Of a stretch of 64,000 bases of DNA, positions 55,219 to 64,000 are shown in pieces. The DNA is from Paramecium tetraurelia (lineage: Eukaryota), in NCBI GenBank assembly GCA_000165425.1, contig CT868010.1, forward strand, positions 124,001-188,000, given 5' to 3'. The translations under genes and the position numbers were made by a program. The notes below the pieces were generated by a model. That model had not been told where the DNA came from and searched no databases. It saw nothing but the letters and a program-made list of their open reading frames with translations. Positions within the stretch are counted from its first letter, which is position 1. Each line of letters opens with the position of its first letter.

Positions 55219-58200
55219 TCAATAATAAAATAGATAAATGATCATAACTACATTAATGATGCTGGCCCTAACATCTTAGTCATTGATAGAGGAACTGAGA
55301 TCCGGATTTTATTGAACCCCACTCTCGCATATATATTTGAACGAATGCCAATTGCACTCATAATCAATGGAATCACATTAGTCTTTTTCAACAATCTTTA
55401 AGCAATTCTTTCTACAAACCGAGTCTATAGAACTCCAATAGCATCTTGATTAAGCTACGCACATTTATTCGTTTGTAAAATACTTGCACAAAATAGATTT
55501 ACATTTATTGTTTGTAAAGGTGCAAAGTTTCGAATCCAAACAAGTAGCCTGATCTGTCTACTCTTCGCACGATTCACATTGGGCATACTGAGTTACAAAG
55601 CAAGTTTAATCACTCATCTCATTCCCTTAGCAAAACTACCACGAGGACCCAAATAAACTATATTTATGATTATTAAATTTACTAGCAAGGTTTATTTGTG
55701 CAATGATAGGGTCCGACTCTCAAAGCAGAAGGTTACCATGAACATTATTGATTATTCACAGTACTTACATTGCATATCTCTAAATCATTGATATCCGAGC
55801 ATGTGGTAATTGTTGTACAAGCTTCATTGATGTAAGCACAATTGTTCTTGGGACAGTTGCTTTAATCAAAGTCAGAACATATTGGACCCCTACACGTGTA
55901 ATTGTCCTTAACACAAAAAGACTTTGAACAATCTGTTTACGGACAAATCCTATCAAGAGCTGTTGATGAAACACAATAATTATTAATTTGATAGCATGAA
56001 GTTGAATTAAAGTAGAAGGTTTCACACTTTTACTTTTCATTAAGCAATACAATGTCTTCACATTGCTTAGCAATCTGGCATTGATTAGATATATCCAAAT
56101 AGCAAATCTCATTATTTAAGGAAGATGTACTCAGGCATTCAACTTAATTTAGATCGAAACATCTCTTTAATCGGCATCCAGAATTATCTAAATAACAACT
56201 GCGATTCTAAATGCAACTATCTTTGGTTTATGTAAAACACATGTTGATATTGGGAGTAGTTTTATAGAGACAAGATGTAGTATCATTATCCCAGACACAG
56301 TTTACTTGTAAACCACATGCCATTTGATTGATCCCTGGAGAATTGCAGGGTATCTTTAATGGAACTCCATAACAACTGAATATTTCCTTGAGATAATTAC
56401 ATTTCTAAGCAGTTTAAATAGCACAAGCCAATGAGTTTACATTTTCTATTCCATAACATACTGAACTTGTGCTCTTAAAAGGAGTACATTAATAATTCAC
56501 AAATTAGCAAGGTTCTTATTATAGTCCAAGACAAGCATACTTATTTAATCCTGGTTACACACATTTCTGATATCTGCTGTAAATTTTGGAGCAAACATGA
56601 TGTATCGGATCATAGGTACAAGCCTATTATTAATAATCTATGTATTAGCAAGCCAAACTATTTGTTTGTGTGAAATTATCACATTAATTAGTATATTCAT
56701 CAGGAACAAATAGAGAACATTCATCATCTTTCCAATAGCAAGGTTCCGTTGTTATTGATAAACAAGCTGTCTTTGAAATCCCTTTGGTAGCACAAGAATC
56801 TTTGTTGCTTGCAGAAACACATTGAAACAACAAATCATTGTATTTACAAGAAATCTATAGAGATGAACACACCTTTGAATTAACATTCTTATATTATGCG
56901 CAATTTGAATATTGGACATTCGATGAATAAAATGAGCAACGATTGTTTATAAATTGACATTTAGATTTCTTGATGTTATAGCAAGCATTATCACTAAGAC
57001 CAATTGTGTCGCAATCATCAGTTTCTGAATCACTAAGAACACAGGAAAAAACAGTTGAAGAATATTTGACTTTCTGGCCACTAATGAAAATGCCACAAAC
57101 TGTAGGACTAATAAGTGTTGGAATATCCTCTATGTTTTCGTTATTGTCAAATTGGTAGCATCTTTAATTTCTCCATTTACAATTTGCTTAATTGTTCAAA
57201 CAGCTCAAGTAACTTTGATTTAGACATTAAGTCAGATCGCTTTGAACACATGCATTATTTGACCATTAGCATTACTACTTAAAGTTGACAATGCAATCAT
57301 TATAATTCAATTGGTCCTCACACAAATAAAGATTAGTGTCCAACATATTCCCTACCTGATCATCATTTAATTTTTCCATTCTTGTTATCTTCTAAGTACA
57401 CTACAGTAAAACATCATTGAATTCACAATCATTTATGCTCTGTGTCTAACAACTCATTTTATTATATGACTTTGGTAAGTCTTTACATAAAACCTTATTT
57501 GTAATTACGATATGTTGGCATTGATTATTCAACCATTAACAAGGCATTGGAGCATACATGCAACCATATTGATTTTGGATGTACAAACAATCAAATAATC
57601 TAGGAGTCCATTCTTGACACACCTGATCGTAAATAGTACAAATCTAATTTTTAACGAGTCTGCATAATTGAAAACTTAAGTATTCATTGCAATTTTATAA
57701 GATAATTGAACTTAACGGTATCTCTTAACACTTATTTGATGCTTAATTATACATGCAATTTTTATTGCTAATCTCTATACAACTCTTAAAAGTGTAATCG
57801 GAACACTATAAATTATTGGTAGAATTATCCTGGCATTCATTAGCACTTGTTTTCCATTTGCAATTAAAATCGGTATCACAATTATAGTTTGAAATGTTGT
57901 TACATTCAAGATTGACTTTATTCATTATTTTTGTGCATTTAGACAGATTCCAATAGCATTCTATATAATTTTAATTTAGACACGATGATTTATCGAATCC
58001 AAAATTTTCACATTAAACTATCACCAAATCAGTATTCTTTGTGTAACAAGACTTAGTCTAACTATTCCAGAATTAGGAATTTATTTAACAATATCCCTAT
58101 GAATATAGTATGCTGGGACCACTCTGAGTGCTAAACTCTACACATTCATTATTAAACCATATGCATTTTTTTAAGGTGTATATTAAACAAACTTATTAGT

Positions 58201-61200
58201 TTAATTGGGGACATTATAAATCATCTTGTAATTAATAAGATTAACAAGCATTATTATACCAAATACATTAAAATTGTGTTGTTAATTTTTGACAAGCATT
58301 TTGATTAATATTTGAACAACCTTCAATTGGTTTTTCATCTGTCAAAATATCACATTTATATGTTTTTAAATTATACATATAGGTATTATCAGTTAATTGG
58401 ATACAAGAATTTAGGTTACTATTTAATTAATAGGAGTTGGGGCTTATGCTTTGACAGCTTGCAAATGCACCCCCTCCATCATATCCCACTAAACAATTCT
58501 TTTAATAAGCGTATACACAATCATATAAATTAGTTGCAGTGTTGCATTCGATTATCTTTCTTTCAATCTTTTTGCATAAATGATTTTCAAAATCATAATA
58601 GCAATTCGGTTGTAATTATTAACAGACTTTATAATTCACTTAGACATTTTCAATTTGATCGCAATCAGTAAAGGAAGCACTTTGGCATTTATTACTCTCA
58701 AATTTGCAATTGAGTCCAAGATCACTGAGACAAAGTGATTTTATTAAGATATTATCACAACTCAATTGATTTTAATAGCAAAATCCTTAACCTACCTTAT
58801 TTGAATACCAAAAACAGTTGGGTATTGATAAACAAGTTAAAGGAGAATGATATATATCCTCCAATTATTGGCAGGACGTCAATTTACTGGTTATACATTT
58901 GGATTGAGTAAAGGTGCATTTCGAGGATCGTTAATGGATGCAAGTGATCATACTAGATGTTAGACTACAATGCATATTAAAAGTATTATTGATGTCGTTT
59001 TATTGATGCTACATATCTCCTAGCAATTAGATGCATTACTTTGAATTGTAATACACATTCATTTGCATGTTATAACAATATTAATAGGATTCAACATCAT
59101 AGAAATCGGATCGTTATTTTAAGGTGCTGTCTTCTAAGCATTAAGAATTATCGAAGACACAACTGAGATGCTGAATTGAGAGACACTCTTATTAAGTTTA
59201 CAATTAGTAACAATATTTTATGTGAGCAGGATAAGAAGTGCATTTATTGTTCACCCATAGACATATGTGATTTTAGTTGACACATAATTGTTGACTTAAG
59301 GCGATGTTGCATGGTAAATATTTATTTAATGATTACAAGACACATCCGTTGGCTCCATTGAAACAATATCCCCTTCCGTTTTAACATACCTTGTAGCTTT
59401 GTATATAAGTAGAAGGGCAATAATTTTTTGAATCCTAACATATTTTATTGGTTGAGTCCCAAACACAATTCTTTCCGCTGGCTTCACAACTATAAATATT
59501 TCTAAATTGACAATCGACGTTATTAAATTAGTTATTATACTATTTGCATTTATTCTAAATGAAAATGCACTAAAATTTAGTCTAGTTCAAACACAGGAAC
59601 TTACTAATTATGTCATCACATGTATAAAGAATATTTGTATCAGTTTAAGTTAAGCATTTTTTATCTGTGGAATCATAATAACAATTATCTGTTGCTAAAC
59701 TGCATATACTAGGACCTCCGCTTAATTTAGTTTCGATTTCTGAACATAAGAAAGATGAGGAATATGTTTAATTTAAAGAAACGTCTATACAAGTGCTAAA
59801 AGTGCCTCGATTTAGAACAATGCATATTTAATCTGGAGTGTTGATTTTATTACAAATGTTAATATTAGCCTATGAACATTTTAATGTACTCAATTATAAG
59901 CTTTTATAGGTAGAGTCAGCAGAGAGTGGCATACACTAATTATTATAGAAATAGCATTCCTATTGAGTGAAGGAGACACATCTATGCAGATTGATTTTTA
60001 GATTTGATCCACAGTCAGCTATGGGAGTAACATTTTGTAAACACTTCTTTAGAGTTGAATCATATTAGCAGAAATGTTGAGTGTTTAATTTACCATTGTG
60101 TATTTTCTGTTGGCAAGCCTTTTCATTGACTAAGTCATCACAAACATCAAAATAATTTGATTTATAAAATTGGCATTCATTGTCTTTCCAGATACAAGGT
60201 TGTTTTTGATTCTTAACACACACAGATTATGTAAGTCCACTGCAATTCAATGTTGAATATAAATTTGGATTGTCAATTTGTTTGCAGTCCAACAAATCAT
60301 AATAACATTCACTCGACTATCTTTAACATTAGACTTTATTCATGAATTATTAACATTAATTGCTGTTGATATTGGCAATGCAATATCCATTATTATAGGA
60401 ACATGGCTCTATGTCTATCATTGAACATGAATATGGTGACACATTAGCCAGTTGAACACATTCATCAAATATTTTAATATTTTGACAAGAGTTGTTGATC
60501 CATACACAAAATTCATTTAGATTTGAGATACAGAGTGCTTTGGTTATACCTACAGTATTGCAGGATATTTGGCCAGTTAATTGAGTGCAACTCTATTTGA
60601 TTTCATCATAGATACAATTCGAAACATATGAACACAATTTAGGATTGATATTCAATCTGTTATCACATTGCTCAAGTGGTTGAACTATTTAACACTTCTA
60701 TTACTCGTAATCCCACTATGAGTTTAATTGTAAAGACAAACAAAAATATCTGTTAATGTTGGATAGGTCTTGAGTGTCTAAGATGTAATCTCTCTAGCAT
60801 TATTTTTTATTTTCGATAAATCTATATAATGCTTTGTCTTGCATGAGACATTGGTTTCTATTTCTGATAAGATCATCAGGCAATTAAGCATAGTTTCTGA
60901 AAATTAAATGGGTGATAGTATTAATGCACATTTTGTTCTACCAGATACATTGTTGATCTTACCTTTGCACATTAGTACAACTATATTTGGTGTTGGCTTC
61001 CGAACAAGTCAATATTCTCAAATCGCCATATTTGCATTGATTATCTTTCCAAATACAAGGGAGAGCCAGATTCTCACAATAGACTTTGCTCAATCCCAGT
61101 TAAGAACATCCTTGTAATGGACTGCATTTTACAAGGAAATCCAATTTCTCATCAATCCAATAACAGTTTGACTTCTTAAAGCAATCATTCTTCGTAATTA

Positions 61201-62345
61201 AATTGTAACACCCTTCATCGCAATAACCCTCTTTGCCATTAAAGTAGAGGAAACAATAACTTGAACTTTAACTGCATTGTAAATGAGTAGCAATCCCATT
61301 CAAGGGCTTGCAATCCAGATTAGCTGATTAAGTCTCCACTTGCATACAGGATTTCTCAAAATAATTTATAGGTTCCACCACTTGACAATTCATATCCTTA
61401 GGACTCATCTAACAAGCATATCTCCCCAAATTCTCACATTGCAGGTCTGTTCTTAATTAGACTTCTTCAGGAACAATGATTTCACACTAATTATTAACAA
61501 AAACACTCATTATATCACTGTATGGATTGATGTTAATGTATTAACAAAATATTTAGTTGACACCCTAGATCACTTTTTAATCATTAATACTGAAGATTGT
61601 TCTAAACATGGAATCATCAGAAATGTCTAAACCTATGCATCCTACTCTGCTCTAATCATTGATTTTTAAATTCAATAGATTGAACTGAGATTATTTCTGG
61701 GGAACATACCAAATGAATTGTCCTTATGAATTTAAGTAATTATTTTGCAAATCCCCTTCGTCGTAACTTTTTGAAACATCCAACATATCATCCTATTATA
61801 TCAATAAACCGTAATCTGTTATATCACTAGATGTAAGACTATCCAGAACATTATTATGAGCTACCAAGTATCCTGTAATCAGAGGACACACAGACATGCT
61901 CAAAATTAAATTTGGGAAGTTTGTATTCAAATTCACAATTTCTTCAGCAGACAAATACTTGCACTACCTATCCTCCCATTTACAAAGTTATTGTGGATCT
62001 GTTATACCCATGCAACCATATTTGTTTAAATTCTGATTGCATTTCGCTTTCGAAATGTCATTGATTTCGTGACATATAGAATCGAAAATGCATAAAGCCT
62101 ATGTAGCCACATGTGTGCTTATCTACCTAGTACACAATTTAACACTGAGATTTTAATCGCAACCCTACATTAGATCATCTGATATCCTGCAATATCGCTA
62201 ATGCGGAAACCATCTACCTAAATGAACTAAATCTAATTATTATACAATATTCAGTTTTAGACGCTATGCATGTTTCGTAAGTGTTAAGTTGCCTACAAAT
62301 ATCCAAGGAGTAAACTTAAGTTACGATCAATAATGTAAATAACAT
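55219..62345 (-). CDS. Giant cysteine-rich, probably GPI-anchored surface protein (surface-antigen-like)
   Basis: Signal peptide MLFTLLIVTQVYS; periodic C-x-W-x4-C units throughout; hydrophobic C-terminus SIINVVMIIYLFYY*. Introns of 28 and 25 nt near the two ends. Confidence 0.85.
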
Positions 62346-62510
62346 AATTTTTTAATTATTTTTTGTTTATTGCACAGATCACTCCATTACAATTTGCATA
62401 ACCATCTCTCCATCAAACCAAGAATCAATAATTCTTTAAATGAGTATTCTGTACTATCGAACAGAGATTATAATTATATATGTTCATACACAAATTTATT
62501 ATTCGATTAT

Positions 62511-62930
62511 TCAAAATACTAATAACACTATGCCCTTGATGATACCCCAAATTACATCAGATGTCAAATTATCCACTGCTATTTTATAATCATTTTAAAT
62601 TTCATTTTAATTCAGTCTCTCTTATATTTACTTCAACTAATCCGTGTTCTGAACAATCTTCATCCGCTTCTCTTGAGATTTGTGATTTGCATCTCTCAAT
62701 TTCACGATGTAATCATTCTCCTCATTTATTTGGAAAGTCTCTATCGTAACTTGAGATTCAGAAATATGTGTGATATCTATCATCCTGTCTGTGCCCACTT
62801 CCATTATCTCCTTCACGTAACATTCCGACTGAATGAGAATGACTTCCTTAGGTGATTCGAACTTTTGGATTTTCAAATCACATCCTAAGCCCAAGCAAAA
62901 TAGTATTGAAATTAGCAATATGTTTTTCAT
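62511..62930 (-). CDS. Small secreted/membrane protein (signal peptide, coiled coil, C-terminal hydrophobic segment; weakly p24-like)
   Basis: MKNILLISILFCLGLG...QLKQIQERLNQ...VIWGIIKGIVLLVF*. Confidence 0.6.
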
Positions 62931-63008
62931 TAATTTATATTATTCATGAATCAATTAAGTTATTCATGAAGGCATATGAATTTAAGAAATAATAAATAAT
63001 TTAAAAAT

Positions 63009-64000
63009 ATGGAGAAAACAGAAGCAGAAACATTCAAATAACCTTTGATTAATGAAACCAGCCAATAGTTTAGTGTCAAATCAAAACAAACAAGAAAAAA
63101 CTCTTAACTATCAATTTTGACTGAGCATTCAAAAATGGACACTCATTTATATGAGATACCAGATTTAACTTAGATAACTTAGAAGGTACTTTGTCGTTTG
63201 ATCGTTGTTTCAGTGGTTTGTATAATATTCCTGGTGGCTGAAGTAAGATAATTTAATCCTATAAAAGGTCATTGGAGGTATGTGGGCTTAGTCATTGGCA
63301 ATCCTATCAGATGCAGCTCATATGTTTTCAGATATGAGTGGCTTTTTCATATCCATATTCTCCATCTGGCTAGGACAGAGACCAGCTTCATAAAAGATGT
63401 CATTCGGATACCACAGAGCTGAAGTAATCGGAGCGTTGGGTAGTATCATATTGATATGGGGGTTGACAATCCTATTATTCTACGAGGCCACGGTTCGAGT
63501 GATTGAGGAGGCCATAGTTACTGACCCATTAATAATGTTGATTACAGCAGGATTTGGATTATTTTGTAATTTGGTTATGGCAAAAGTGTTGCACTCTTCT
63601 CCCACAGGAGGACATGATCACGGAAACATTATGCATCAATGTAGTGGACATAATCATGGTCATGGTCATGATCATGGCCATAATCACAATCATGATCATA
63701 GTCACGGGTCTGATGATGGTCACTCTCATGACAAATAGAAATAGCAGCAACAGAAGAAGAAGAAAAAGCTTAATATCAAATAAAAGAGACAACAAGTTAG
63801 TGAGAATGGAATCAGCATGTTGGTTGTGGAGCAAAGCATTGAATCAGAATCTAGTGAATAGAATTTAACTATCAAAGAAGAAAGCGAAAGTTCTTCTAGT
63901 TGTACAAGCAATTAATAATAAGATCTTGCATAAAAGTAAAAATAATAATCTCGTGAACACAATCATTCAGAAAATTGTGGTCATGATCATCAATAAATTA
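63009..64000 (+). CDS. CDF/SLC30 (ZnT2-like) zinc transporter, 5' part
   Basis: EVIGG...SLAILSDAAHMFSD...MSFGYHRAEVIGALGS...His-rich loop HNHGHGHDHGHNHNHDHSH. Confidence 0.93.

Larger units (their letters stand above)
1..64000. other. Ciliate (Paramecium-type) macronuclear DNA using genetic code 6 (TAA/TAG=Gln) with tiny introns
   Basis: Conserved domains (kinases, USP, ELP1, DHHC) read through in-frame TAA/TAG and end at TGA. Frames are restored by 20-30 nt GT(A)..AG introns. A trichocyst matrix gene is present. Confidence 0.97.

Noticed and set aside
63554..63911. Overlapping ORFs 63554(+), 63559(-) and 63726(-) rich in M/I/V
   Set aside because: They are alternative-frame and antisense shadows of the His-rich CAT-repeat loop of the zinc transporter.
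1..64000. Prokaryotic systems (CRISPR, operons, IS elements), rRNA/tRNA, transposons, retained IESs
   Set aside because: By eye I found no spaced direct-repeat arrays, terminal inverted repeats, transposase/RT motifs, structured RNA genes or TA-bounded insertions breaking a gene. The histidine kinase uses the ciliate code, so it is not a bacterial contaminant.

Overview
This is AT-rich, very gene-dense eukaryotic DNA that reads as the macronuclear genome of a ciliate, almost certainly Paramecium. TAA/TAG encode Gln, TGA is the only stop, introns are about 20-30 nt (GT..AG), intergenic gaps are often 13-30 bp, and there is a T4 trichocyst matrix protein gene. The supplied ORF track uses a standard code and breaks up nearly every gene, so I re-translated by eye with translation table 6. 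About 30 protein genes are visible: NDUFAF7-like methyltransferase, CHMP5/Vps60, TMEM33, a PX protein, a hybrid histidine kinase, an ankyrin-DHHC palmitoyltransferase, a cyclin, a classical PTP, several kinases (three apparently catalytically dead), T4, a MORN protein, two USP deubiquitinases, ELP1, a RING-B-box-LRR protein, a membrane RING-H2 ligase, an LRR protein, a ~2,350-aa Cys-rich GPI-type surface protein and a CDF zinc transporter. I saw no rRNA, tRNA, transposon, CRISPR or telomere array. The best leads are: two tandem orphan genes each carrying two RRxS-CxCxxCG motifs; a frameshifted T4 copy that a 23-nt cryptic intron could rescue; a Tudor-like domain fused to a giant USP; PKG-like and EF-hand pseudokinases; and a TRIM-like RBCC-LRR protein. 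I cannot claim a confirmed new system. Gene ends and introns were derived manually and may be off by a few bases.
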